A model generated the notes under the pieces. It was given only the letters and a program-made list of their open reading frames with translations. It was not told the origin of the DNA and made no database searches. Below, piece after piece: positions 1 to 9,070 of a stretch of DNA of 64,000 nt (positions within the stretch are counted from its first letter, which is position 1; every line of letters begins with the position of its first letter). This DNA comes from an uncultured virus (IMG/VR IMGVR_UViG_3300042568_000085) (lineage: Duplodnaviria > Heunggongvirae > Uroviricota > Caudoviricetes): the IMG/VR virus record IMGVR_UViG_3300042568_000085. One strand, given 5' to 3'. The position numbers and the translations under genes are program-made.

Positions 1-43
1 TCTGCATGGTTAATCTGTGGGCCAGATACAGCATTGATTGTTG

Positions 44-688
44 TCATGTGATGTATTCCCGAAAAACGAACGGTTGATCCCAATTGACAAAAGCGCCGTT
101 TGTCATTGGTGTAAGAGTATACGTTGGGCAGACTTCAGCCACAAGATTAAACGTACAGTTTGTGCCAACAGAAACAGCACTGTTGACGGCAGGTAAACCA
201 ATGACAGGTCGATGGATTGGCACTGTTACCGTACTACCAGAACCGCGCAAAACATCGGTCGTTACCTTGTATGTATAACCGCCAAATTGGATGAAATCTC
301 CTGCACGAAACAAATTTAAAGCAGAAGACATTGCTGGCAACGTCTTCAATACAACAGATGTTGCATTTGCAGCAGGAGCAGCGTTTAACTGAATGCCAGT
401 TGGTTGAGATGGCGCACTTCCTAAATATGTTAAAAACCAAGATAAGTTTGTACTGGTAAATGCAATTACTTCAGGCAGTTGTCTGTCTTTATTGTCAATC
501 GCCTGAATAATTGCCCGTGCTGTTGGGTAGTACAGAAAGTTGTTAGGCGTGACCGTGAACACCCAAGGCACAGCCGTTAGGTACTGCGCCACAGTAATAA
601 AGCCTGATCTAGCAACTTGCTGACCAACCATGCGGCGGTTGTTCACCGTCATGGATTCCTGATTCTCAAAAATAGTTTGGAAGCTCAT
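44..688 (-). CDS. Distal tail / baseplate protein (Dit-like)
   Basis: Directly follows the tape measure gene; beta-rich with a GDFIQFGG-type motif; mainly positional. Confidence 0.55.
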   Translation of the reverse strand: MSFQTIFENQESMTVNNRRMVGQQVARSGFITVAQYLTAVPWVFTVTPNNFLYYPTARAIIQAIDNKDRQLPEVIAFTSTNLSWFLTYLGSAPSQPTGIQLNAAPAANATSVVLKTLPAMSSALNLFRAGDFIQFGGYTYKVTTDVLRGSGSTVTVPIHRPVIGLPAVNSAVSVGTNCTFNLVAEVCPTYTLTPMTNGAFVNWDQPFVFREYIT

Positions 689-3111
689 GCACGACCCCTG
701 TTAACTGCCAATGATTTGTTGGCATACTGATTAGCCGCCCAAATCGCGTTAGAACTGTTTAGCAACCTGTCTTCAAACGACTTGGTGTCAATGGCATTGA
801 TGTTGTAATTTGTGACGTTAGTGGTGCTTCCCATATTGCCCATTTGATTGTTAGGAATGATTGTTCCAGAGCCTGATGGCATAAACAACTCAGGCCCACG
901 CTCACCCACCATGTACGGGCTACCTGCGCTTACAGGGCCACCTGTAGCTCTTGGTGTTGCTTGATAGACATTTTTAAACCAGCCATCATTTGAGCCTCCG
1001 GGTGCGGTAGGCAGACCAAAAACTCCTTTTAAAAAGCTCAGAGCAGCAGCTTTCATTTGAATTGCAATCAAACTTTGTATAGTGTCACGAGCAAAGTCTT
1101 TCATGCTTAACTTGCCTGTCTTGACAAAGTTGTCAATAGCTGAAGACATGTTACTAAACACAGTATTAAATATTTCCCCTGTGCGTTTGCCAGATTCTTC
1201 TATTGTGACAAGACTTTTTGCAATTGCTTCTTGACGGTCAAGGTCTTTGCTTTGAGATTCTGATTTGCTTTCGCTGCGCTCAAGTTCTTTGCGTTTCCTT
1301 GCGTATTCCAAAGAAATTTGAGCCAACTTTTGCTCAGTCTCAGTCGCGTAAATCAATTGGTATTTAAGTTCAAGCGACTTGCGCTGGAACTCAAGATCTT
1401 CAGTTTTAGAGAATGCGCCTAAGTCTGCTGTTTCTCTTTCTTTACTTCTGCGAACAAATTCATCATCCATTTCTTTTTGAAAGGCAACTTTTGCTTCCTG
1501 TTCTTCCATGTACTTCTTGATCTGAATTTGCTTTATTTTTTCAGCAGTTTCAGTAGCAATGGCTATAGATTTGTTTTTGTATATCTCAAGATTTTGCGAT
1601 GTAAATTGGTTGTCTTCTTGAATGTTTTTGGCTTTCATTTCAAGTTGAGCGTCAGATAGCTTTTTGGCAGCATCTAATTGAAGCATCTGTATTTCGTTGG
1701 CGCTTTGTTTAGCAACAACAAATTCTTGTTCAGCTTTCGCTTTTGCCAATTCTGCGGCCTTGGCTATCCCCATAGGCCCATACTTATCTTCTTTGCGAAT
1801 GTCATCTGCATTTTTTGCGGCGGCTTTTGCTTTTGCTTTTGCTGTTTCGTCTTCTATTAACATAGATTGGAGCAACAACTTTCTTTGTTCAACTAATGAA
1901 TCAAGTCTAGCTTGACGTTCATCTTGAACTTGCTTCATTCGATTGCCGGGAGCATTAACAGCAGCAGAAGCTAAAGCAATTTCTTGGTTTAGCTTCTGCA
2001 AATCCGCGTTTTTGTCATCACGGCCCCAACCCATCATGGCATCCCAAGCATCTGAAGCAGCCTTGCCAAGCCATTTCCATCCTTCTTCAAAATAACCAAG
2101 TTCGCGCCGCGAGGTCTGGAAGCTTTGGTTGAGCAAAGTAGATTGCAGACGTATGGACTCTTGCAACTGACCTTGCTTTTCCAAAGCCTTAATGTTCTTG
2201 TATTGCTCAAGCGTCAGGAAATGGTATTTGTCGTTTAGTTGTTTTGCAGAACTAGCAGTACCGTCCAACAATGGAATAAGAGTCTCAGCGGCTTTTGCAG
2301 CATCAACGCCAGCAAGCTTAGAAAAGCGCAGGATAACTTCACCAACAGCCTGAATGGATGTATGCGTGTATTTCCCAGTTGCAGCCAATTGCTGCATCAA
2401 ATCTCTTGCATCACCAATAGCTACGTTTGTCTTTTCTGAAAGTACGTTTCCGATATTTAACAAACCAGTGTAAGTAACGCCAGCAAAGCCACCAGTCAAA
2501 GTCATTGCTGACTTAAAGCTTTCCAAGTCTTCTTTTGCTTTATAAAAAGCATATCCAACACTACCAACAACAGCAGTAACAGAACCAAGACCAACAACAA
2601 ATGGAGTAAACAACGAGCCAATGGCTTTAAACATATTGCCAACGCCACCCATCGTATCCTTCAATTGACCACCCTGTTGAATGGCAGCAATGAACGGGCT
2701 TTGACCAGAGGCAATCTGAGTAAAGAAGTCAGTGGTCTGATAGGTCAGGTTGATCTTCTGTTGCTCGTTCATCTTAAACTGAGCGCCAGCCATGTTTTTT
2801 ACTGCGTTAGCTTTTGCGTCATACGCAGCAGCTTCTTTACGCAACATTTCAATTAAAGAGCCTTCAGCACGTTGATACCGTCCAGCTTTAATTTCTCTTT
2901 CAACTTGCTCAACTTTTGTTAGCGTCTTGCCGTAATCTTCTGTTGCATAACGCAGAGCAACAATGTCTTTTGCCGCGCTATTTGAGTCACGCTCTACTTG
3001 CTTGGTAAAGCCGTGAAAAGTCTCTTTCGCCTTGGAAATCTTGACTTCAAGTTCTGCGGTATCAACGCCAAGAACAATACCAAGTCGAGCAATATTACTT
3101 GAAGCCATCAT
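685..3111 (-). CDS. Tail tape measure protein
   Basis: 808 aa, helical and Ala/Lys/Glu rich; lambda-type TMP motif QTTDFFTQIASGQSPFIAAIQQGGQ; C-terminal RATGGPV...VGERGPELF. Confidence 0.92.
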   Translation of the reverse strand: MMASSNIARLGIVLGVDTAELEVKISKAKETFHGFTKQVERDSNSAAKDIVALRYATEDYGKTLTKVEQVEREIKAGRYQRAEGSLIEMLRKEAAAYDAKANAVKNMAGAQFKMNEQQKINLTYQTTDFFTQIASGQSPFIAAIQQGGQLKDTMGGVGNMFKAIGSLFTPFVVGLGSVTAVVGSVGYAFYKAKEDLESFKSAMTLTGGFAGVTYTGLLNIGNVLSEKTNVAIGDARDLMQQLAATGKYTHTSIQAVGEVILRFSKLAGVDAAKAAETLIPLLDGTASSAKQLNDKYHFLTLEQYKNIKALEKQGQLQESIRLQSTLLNQSFQTSRRELGYFEEGWKWLGKAASDAWDAMMGWGRDDKNADLQKLNQEIALASAAVNAPGNRMKQVQDERQARLDSLVEQRKLLLQSMLIEDETAKAKAKAAAKNADDIRKEDKYGPMGIAKAAELAKAKAEQEFVVAKQSANEIQMLQLDAAKKLSDAQLEMKAKNIQEDNQFTSQNLEIYKNKSIAIATETAEKIKQIQIKKYMEEQEAKVAFQKEMDDEFVRRSKERETADLGAFSKTEDLEFQRKSLELKYQLIYATETEQKLAQISLEYARKRKELERSESKSESQSKDLDRQEAIAKSLVTIEESGKRTGEIFNTVFSNMSSAIDNFVKTGKLSMKDFARDTIQSLIAIQMKAAALSFLKGVFGLPTAPGGSNDGWFKNVYQATPRATGGPVSAGSPYMVGERGPELFMPSGSGTIIPNNQMGNMGSTTNVTNYNINAIDTKSFEDRLLNSSNAIWAANQYANKSLAVNRGRA

Positions 3112-3608
3112 TTACTCCTTTTCGACATTTTATTCGCATATGTCGTTAAAAATTGGGCAAAGTTTGTTTTGAAACTGTCTACAACTGACTCAGCGTTTTG
3201 CTCAATTGCTCTACGCAAAAATGGTTGTGCTGGAATTTTCTTAGTGCCGAATTCTTGAGCCAAAGATACAGCACTTCGCTTGACAGAAACCACGGCAATA
3301 GCTGCATCTGTTGGATTGACGTAAATTGATTGCAAGTCTCTTTTTGTCGGGATTCTTGCGTCTAATCGAACAGTGTCTCGCAAGTGGATTGGGCTTTTTT
3401 CTGTTCGGGGTGATGGGTCATATGGCGCTGTTGCCTTGACCTGATCGGCAACAGGCTGCATGGCTGCTTTTGCGGCTTTAACAATAGTAGCTCTTGCTGC
3501 TGAATCAGCGCGATGCATATCCATCAGTTCAGAAAGTTTCGCCTCAAGCTCTTCCATGCCCTCAACGCGAAACATCCTGTTTTTGCCATCAGGACTCCAA
3601 GAAGCCAT
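3108..3608 (-). CDS. HK97 gp10-like tail completion protein
   Basis: VEGMEEL...APYD...HLRD...QEFGTKKIPAQPFLRRA motifs. Confidence 0.85.
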   Translation of the reverse strand: MASWSPDGKNRMFRVEGMEELEAKLSELMDMHRADSAARATIVKAAKAAMQPVADQVKATAPYDPSPRTEKSPIHLRDTVRLDARIPTKRDLQSIYVNPTDAAIAVVSVKRSAVSLAQEFGTKKIPAQPFLRRAIEQNAESVVDSFKTNFAQFLTTYANKMSKRSK

Positions 3609-3609
3609 A

Positions 3610-3960
3610 CTATTCTTTCAGGTAAGCCTCCGAACCCGGTCTAGTAGCCAAGAATGCCATCAACTGCTTGCTGGCTTGCTCTTGCTGTTGTTCCTTTGTC
3701 AGCGGCGGGACAATGTATTCGTGCGTTGATGGAAGAACATCTTTCATCGTAAACGGTCTTGTTGTCTTCTGTATTTTCGAGTTTAAATTGCCTGTGGTCA
3801 AGGAACTCAAAGCCAGCAAGATAGCTTTGTTTCCTATCATCCCATCCGACAACATAATCTCGATATTCCGCATATCATCCGCAGGAACATCGTCAGGACA
3901 CCCACCATGAGCGTAAATATACGCTCTGGCTTGAAGGCGAATGTCCCAAATTAGTTTTTT
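3610..3960 (-). CDS. C-terminal extension of the tail assembly chaperone (GT-like product via -1 frameshift)
   Basis: The -1 frame is open from the slippery site (KLIWDIRLQARAYIYAHGG...) straight into the 3610-3873 ORF. Confidence 0.7.
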   Translation of the reverse strand, partial: KKLIWDIRLQARAYIYAHGGCPDDVPADDMRNIEIMLSDGMIGNKAILLALSSLTTGNLNSKIQKTTRPFTMKDVLPSTHEYIVPPLTKEQQQEQASKQLMAFLATRPGSEAYLKE

Positions 3961-4403
3961 CGAGAGTCCTTGTAACCGGGCTGAATCGCCTCAGAAATCT
4001 TAGCAAGGATTTCCAACTGAACGGCAGTAGGCCACTCAGCTTCAATGTCTTCGTAAGTGATTTCATCAAGCGTCCCATTTACAGGAACCAACAACTTGAT
4101 GTACTCCACCATTCGGTTTTCCATCTGCAAGATGGTTTGAACCAGTTCTTTAGTAGAGCGACCTTCAACAACTACATCATCTTCCGTCACTACAACACCA
4201 TCAAAAGTGCCAGTGCGAAAAGATGCTGTCATCTTGTCAAAGCGTTTTTGGAATTCGGTTTGGTCAAACTTCTCAATGCGATCTTGCATAGCATCAAGCT
4301 CTTTTGTCAGCGGAACACGAACTTTGAAGTTGTATCCTGCAAGCTCAAAAGACTTGGTACGCAGATTGGAGATTTCGCCAAAGGCAGATGTGAGTTTTGT
4401 CAT
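3951..4403 (-). CDS. Tail assembly chaperone (G-like)
   Basis: Lies between tail tube and tape measure genes; ends in A AAA AAC TAA. Confidence 0.72.
   Translation of the reverse strand: MTKLTSAFGEISNLRTKSFELAGYNFKVRVPLTKELDAMQDRIEKFDQTEFQKRFDKMTASFRTGTFDGVVVTEDDVVVEGRSTKELVQTILQMENRMVEYIKLLVPVNGTLDEITYEDIEAEWPTAVQLEILAKISEAIQPGYKDSRKN
3954..3960 (-). other. Programmed -1 ribosomal frameshift heptamer A-AAA-AAC
   Basis: X XXY YYZ heptamer immediately before the chaperone stop codon, with an open -1 frame. Confidence 0.75.
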
Positions 4404-4621
4404 GGTCGTGTTTTGATAATCTTGTGGTAAATCGACTCGTTCAGATTAAAAGCGTATTCAACAACTTCATCTGGACTCATCTTATCAGCATGATACTTTG
4501 CAATTTCATGTGCAAGAGCAATTGCTGTAATCCTCTGTTGAGGAAATCCGAACCAATTTTTAGTTGATTCGGATTGTGCTATCAAGAAGTTCAAGAGGTC
4601 ATTACTGTCTTTTACTATCAT
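4400..4621 (-). CDS. Hypothetical protein in tail operon
   Basis: 73 aa ORF with ATGA overlap into the next gene. Confidence 0.65.
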   Translation of the reverse strand: MIVKDSNDLLNFLIAQSESTKNWFGFPQQRITAIALAHEIAKYHADKMSPDEVVEYAFNLNESIYHKIIKTRP

Positions 4622-4627
4622 GTTTTG

Positions 4628-4852
4628 TTACTCTGTTGTTTCTGGTGGTACTTCTGGTGCGATTTCTTCAATGACCACCACAGGAGCAGTCACGTTGTAT
4701 TTCTTCAGCAAAGCCAAAGCAATAGCTTCGGCTGTATCGGTTTTGGCTGTAGCTTTTGCAAGCTCATCAGCGTCAACCACCATGCCACGGGCAACAAGAT
4801 CAATGTCGCCGTAGCTGGTCACAATTGCTTCAATTGCGTCTGAAAGTTTCAT
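4628..4852 (-). CDS. Hypothetical acidic protein in tail operon
   Basis: Start MKLSDAIEA coupled (TGATG) to the tail tube stop. Confidence 0.65.
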   Translation of the reverse strand: MKLSDAIEAIVTSYGDIDLVARGMVVDADELAKATAKTDTAEAIALALLKKYNVTAPVVVIEEIAPEVPPETTE

Positions 4853-5370
4853 CAGTTGTTCGACCAGCCGTACTGGTTGCCTCGCGGATGAACAGTAAAT
4901 GTGCATTTAGCTTCAGCGCCGGGTGCAGCGTCAATCTGGAATTGACCAACTCGACCGTTAAACGCATAAGCAATAGTGTTTGTGCCTTCCACTGCTGCAA
5001 CCACAAAAGTGCGGTCCACAACACCAGAATAAGCATCAGCACGGATTTGCAACAAGGCTGCGTCAGAAGGGTTCCAAGCAGCCGTGATGGTCAGACTTGT
5101 AGGAGCCGCTTGAACAGGAATCTTGTCGCTTTGACGAGATCCAGCAACGCTGAAACTTGCCACCGCATCATCCATACCAAAGGCGGGAATGGCCTCAACA
5201 GCCACAGCGATACCAGCAGTGCCAGTGCCGTTAGCAGAAGGGCCAACAATGGTAGTTACTTGACCAACCCAAACCGACAAGTTAGCCGTTGTCAAAGGAG
5301 TTGGAGTTGCAGCCGATTGCATCCAAAGAGATGCGGCAAAACCGGGAAGAACTTTTGCAGGAATAGCCAT
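4852..5370 (-). CDS. Major tail tube protein, paralog 2
   Basis: Size, position and beta-rich sequence; close paralog of 5380-5874. Confidence 0.75.
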   Translation of the reverse strand: MAIPAKVLPGFAASLWMQSAATPTPLTTANLSVWVGQVTTIVGPSANGTGTAGIAVAVEAIPAFGMDDAVASFSVAGSRQSDKIPVQAAPTSLTITAAWNPSDAALLQIRADAYSGVVDRTFVVAAVEGTNTIAYAFNGRVGQFQIDAAPGAEAKCTFTVHPRGNQYGWSNN

Positions 5371-5379
5371 GATGACTCC

Positions 5380-5874
5380 TTATGCGTTGTTAGACCAGCC
5401 GAACTGGTTGCCACGGGGATGGATCGTAAATGTAGCCTTGGCTTCTGCGCCGGGTGCAGCATCCACTTGGAACTGACCTACGCGCCCGTTAAAGGCGTAA
5501 TAAACGATGTTTGCACCCTCGGTAGCCGAAATGACGAAAGTGCGGTCAATAACGCCGGAATAGGCATCTGCTCGCATCAACAGCAAGTTGGTATCAGCAG
5601 GGTTCCATGCAGCCGTGATGGTCAAGCTAGTGGGCGCAGCTTGCACTGGAATCTTGTCAGATTGACGCGATCCAGCCACGCTAAAACTAGCCACGGCATC
5701 GTCCATGCCGAAAGCGGGGATTGCCTCGACAGGGATAAGGTTGCCAACAATGGCAATTGGAGACACGCTAGCAACCAAGGACAACTGTGCAGTAGTCAAA
5801 GGAGTAGGTGCGGCTCCGGGTTGTGCGTACAACGCTGCCGTAAAACCGGGGAGAACTTTGTTTGGTAAAGCCAT
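5380..5874 (-). CDS. Major tail tube protein, paralog 1
   Basis: Follows the tail terminator; shares VEAIPAFGMDDAVASFSVAGSRQSDKIPVQAAPTSLTITAAWNP exactly with paralog 2. Confidence 0.75.
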   Translation of the reverse strand: MALPNKVLPGFTAALYAQPGAAPTPLTTAQLSLVASVSPIAIVGNLIPVEAIPAFGMDDAVASFSVAGSRQSDKIPVQAAPTSLTITAAWNPADTNLLLMRADAYSGVIDRTFVISATEGANIVYYAFNGRVGQFQVDAAPGAEAKATFTIHPRGNQFGWSNNA

Positions 5875-5911
5875 TTTGAGTATCCTTCAAAAGTTGAACA
5901 ATTGTCTTGTA

Positions 5912-6331
5912 TTACGCTGGAATGTCAATGGTGCAATCCAAGAAGATTTGCGCCATTTTTTCCTCATCGTTGTAACTGTTATACAGCCACATAACATCAG
6001 CTTTAGATATGTAAAAGCCTTCTGCTGGACTGCCCAAAATTCCACTATACCCATGCAAGGCTTGCAAAATCTGATTTGAGATTGTAAAACCATCTTCAAT
6101 CTGTTGAGTGAAAATAGAAATCTGAAATACAGGTCGGTCAATGCCTTTGTTGCTTTGCTGTGTACCTGTATATACAGGCTGATGCACGTTACGCAACATC
6201 CAAGTAATGAACTTAGGCTGTGTGGCAAAGTTACGGTTAAAAGCCGCATACACAGGCACAGGCGTAACAATGTTCGCCAGTTGGTATTGTATGGCTTTGC
6301 CGTAAACAACAGGGTTAAGTTGAGTTGCCAT
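5912..6331 (-). CDS. Tail terminator / completion protein
   Basis: 139 aa, between head-closure and tail tube genes; FQISIF strand motif. Confidence 0.65.
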   Translation of the reverse strand: MATQLNPVVYGKAIQYQLANIVTPVPVYAAFNRNFATQPKFITWMLRNVHQPVYTGTQQSNKGIDRPVFQISIFTQQIEDGFTISNQILQALHGYSGILGSPAEGFYISKADVMWLYNSYNDEEKMAQIFLDCTIDIPA

Positions 6332-6675
6332 TACACCGCCGTAACTGGTTCAGATCGATAGCAAAGGAAAGTGACGGTCATACGATCATCAGATTCCCGC
6401 GCACTGTCAATACGCCAATTTTGCCCACGATATGTAATTGAATAAGCATATTGATTTGCCACTATCAATTTTGTGTTTCGCGTGTAATTCAAGGTCAAAT
6501 TAATCATGTCTTGGTACAGCCGATACTTATCAGCAATCTTCAGACTGTTTGCAACATCAGAAACTCTTGCCCGTGTCGCAAACCACAATGTCTGAACAGT
6601 CGCAGACTCACCAAAATCTGACTTAGTAAAAGTCAAATTGTTGACGTTGATGTTTTCAAAGCGAGCGATTGCCAT
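6331..6675 (-). CDS. Head closure (stopper) protein, SPP1 gp16-like
   Basis: Start MAIARFEN; DFGE...W...ITYRGQNWRIDS pattern; position. Confidence 0.75.
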   Translation of the reverse strand: MAIARFENINVNNLTFTKSDFGESATVQTLWFATRARVSDVANSLKIADKYRLYQDMINLTLNYTRNTKLIVANQYAYSITYRGQNWRIDSARESDDRMTVTFLCYRSEPVTAV

Positions 6676-7295
6676 TACGCCACTTCCTTCAAGTCGTAAG
6701 CAGACCACTTGCTTTTTAGCGGCTTTGCTTTAAGCAAGTAAGAAATGCTGCCAGTTGGTATTCCCGTCTGTTGGCTTGCTTGCAGCCAGCTTTCGTAAAC
6801 TATACCATTGACCATCAGCGGCTTATTTTTTGATGCTGCAAGTTTTCTTTTGCATTCTTCAGTTTTTGGAACACCACGAACATATTGCATAGTTTTTTCT
6901 ATGGCTTCTTTAGGCATTTTTTTGCCCTTCATGCCAGACACCCTTCCCATAAGAGCCTTTTTCTTATTGGCAAGATGTTGTTCAGATTGCTTAATGCCCT
7001 TCAGATGTGATCCAGAAGTTTCACCACCAATAGCAATGTTCCAACCTATCCTTGGTACTGGTCTTAACTTTTTCTCAATCTCAAGACAGTAATTTTCGTT
7101 TGACACCAAGATCACTTCTTTAACAAGATTGTCCCAACCGTATTTGCGAATTGCGTTATATAAAGTTTGTTCTTTGCCAGTTTTAGCGCACGACTTATGA
7201 GCAGACATACGTTGCTCAAAATTCATGGCTATTCCAACATAGCCTTCAATGGCTACGTTGGTTTGCTCCGGCAAATGAATCCAGTATACAAACAT
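6675..7295 (-). CDS. Free-standing GIY-YIG homing endonuclease with NUMOD3-like tail
   Basis: FVYWI...YVGIA...R..H, LYNAIRKYGWDN, GWNIAIGGE, and basic repeats (KQSEQH, KTEECKRKLA). Confidence 0.85.
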   Translation of the reverse strand: MFVYWIHLPEQTNVAIEGYVGIAMNFEQRMSAHKSCAKTGKEQTLYNAIRKYGWDNLVKEVILVSNENYCLEIEKKLRPVPRIGWNIAIGGETSGSHLKGIKQSEQHLANKKKALMGRVSGMKGKKMPKEAIEKTMQYVRGVPKTEECKRKLAASKNKPLMVNGIVYESWLQASQQTGIPTGSISYLLKAKPLKSKWSAYDLKEVA

Positions 7296-7299
7296 AAGT

Positions 7300-7971
7300 T
7301 CACATAATTAAGGGCTTATAGGGGCGTAACAGCGTAGTCACGCCAAACGGAATGTCTTTTAGCTTTGTCTCTGTCGCGTTTGCACGGTTGTTATACAAGT
7401 GCGTCAGCAACAACAAAGCCGCTTGTTTAACCACAGGGTAACTAGCAATCGGATTGGCAGTAGTCGTGTACTGAACAATGATTGGCGCAGTCATCACCGA
7501 GTTAACATCAGTCGGCAAGTTGTTCACAATTACTTTGTTGCCCGAGGCATCGTAGTAATAGCTTGAACTGTTCAATGTCTGAAACACTGGTGGAAACGCA
7601 TCGTTCCAATATCCAACAGAGTTGATCGTAAGACCTGCTACAGCCGGGTTGACGTTCTGACTTACTTCGGGCAAATCAAGACTGATTGGCGATGCAACGA
7701 GACTTTCTGACCCGTAATAAACACGATACGACACAGGCAAGATCGACATACCCAAGTAGTCTTCAATTGCTTGTCGTGTGGCAATGCCAAGATTCAAAAC
7801 ATATGCGTCTTGTGATGTGTCATCAAACAAGTTCAGATGGTTTGTGATTTCGTCAGCAGTCAGCCATGCAGTGACATTATCACGCCCAATCTGTTCAACC
7901 TTTGCATAGTTAAACGGATTGCGCGTCTGAGCGCCAAAAGGCGCAGCGTATTGATAATTGTCAACGCTCAT
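7300..7971 (-). CDS. Head-tail connector (HK97 gp6-like)
   Basis: LT.DEI..HL...D...AIEDYLG...VKQAALLLLTHLYNNR...IPFGVTTLLRPYK. Confidence 0.88.
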   Translation of the reverse strand: MSVDNYQYAAPFGAQTRNPFNYAKVEQIGRDNVTAWLTADEITNHLNLFDDTSQDAYVLNLGIATRQAIEDYLGMSILPVSYRVYYGSESLVASPISLDLPEVSQNVNPAVAGLTINSVGYWNDAFPPVFQTLNSSSYYYDASGNKVIVNNLPTDVNSVMTAPIIVQYTTTANPIASYPVVKQAALLLLTHLYNNRANATETKLKDIPFGVTTLLRPYKPLIM

Positions 7972-7973
7972 GT

Positions 7974-9014
7974 TTAAGTCTCGATAGAACGAACACCAGC
8001 AAAAACGTCACGAACAGTGCTGACCATACGCTTTTCAGCGTACAGCGTCACAAAACCGGGGGTTGTTTGTTCCATTGCCTGAACAGTCATTTCTTCCACA
8101 TCGGCAATCGTCATGAAACGAGGCCAGTTGGCAAGGTAGATTGGTTTTGCGCCAACAGTACCAATAGGATCAAGGTAAGGGTTTGGAATCACAGGGAAAC
8201 CAAACACATGCAGCAAAGAACCAGCTTCTTCTGAGCCTGTTTCAACAAAGCTGTATGCGCCGTTTTGGTGAGCGTATTTACGCAGGGTCTGAATGGCAGA
8301 TGGGTGCATCATCCAAGCAGTACCGGGCATAGACCAGTATTGACCCGGCAACGCATTAGCCATGTCAACCAAGGTTTCCATCTCTAGCTGCAAGTTGTTA
8401 AAGCCAACAGAAGCAATCGTATGGCGACCATTGGTGATAGCTGTACCGCTAGTGCCAAAAGCAGCAGAAGCGCCAGCAGCGCCGGGGTAGCTGTTCAGGC
8501 CACGCAAGCCATCAGTGCCACCAGTTGCTGTTGTTGTAGAACCTGCTTGATCGTTGTTTAGGCCGCACGATGCGCCTTCCAACTGGGCAAATTCCATCAT
8601 CAGGTCTTCAACCAATTCAGATTGCAAACCATTAACATCTGACAACACAGCCGAGCGAACAGGCAGTTGTGCGGAAATCACGCGAGTCGGCAACTGCCAA
8701 ATGCTAGTGTCAATGTTGGGCGAGCCGCTGTTAGCGTTAACTGCGTAACCCCAAGGGTTTGTGCTGTTGGCAGCGTTACCAGTTTTGGCAACAAACTGAA
8801 CAGCGGAATTTCCGGGTACTTTGATGTTTCGTGCGCCCTGACGGAACGGGTTTGCATATCGCAATGCAGCGAATGCGTCATCAAAGTGTGTGCGACCACC
8901 GACATTCAGTCCTGAACCAGTGATAGCAGATGCCTCGCGCAAGTCAATCTTGACTTGATCGCCAGTTTCCAAAGTTTGCTTAATTCCAGACAGGATGCGT
9001 TCGGTAATGGTCAT
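7974..9014 (-). CDS. Second HK97-fold capsid protein (paralog with a short N-terminus)
   Basis: Aligns along its length with 9071-10420 (EASAITG..GGRT, DTSIWQL, GLRGL.SY, LP.QYW, PGF.T...EKR). Confidence 0.85.
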   Translation of the reverse strand: MTITERILSGIKQTLETGDQVKIDLREASAITGSGLNVGGRTHFDDAFAALRYANPFRQGARNIKVPGNSAVQFVAKTGNAANSTNPWGYAVNANSGSPNIDTSIWQLPTRVISAQLPVRSAVLSDVNGLQSELVEDLMMEFAQLEGASCGLNNDQAGSTTTATGGTDGLRGLNSYPGAAGASAAFGTSGTAITNGRHTIASVGFNNLQLEMETLVDMANALPGQYWSMPGTAWMMHPSAIQTLRKYAHQNGAYSFVETGSEEAGSLLHVFGFPVIPNPYLDPIGTVGAKPIYLANWPRFMTIADVEEMTVQAMEQTTPGFVTLYAEKRMVSTVRDVFAGVRSIET

Positions 9015-9037
9015 AACAGTTCCTAAATTATTGGCAC

Positions 9038-9064
9038 AAAAAGGAGGGGCATTTACGCCCCTCC
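9038..9064 (-). terminator. Intrinsic terminator between the two capsid genes
   Basis: Minus strand GGAGGGGC-gtaaat-GCCCCTCC followed by TTTTT. Confidence 0.75.
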
Positions 9065-9070
9065 GATTTA

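Noticed and set aside
4756..5868. 370-aa plus-strand ORF with an internal repeat
   Set aside because: Antisense shadow of the two codon-biased tail-tube genes; the repeat simply mirrors their duplication
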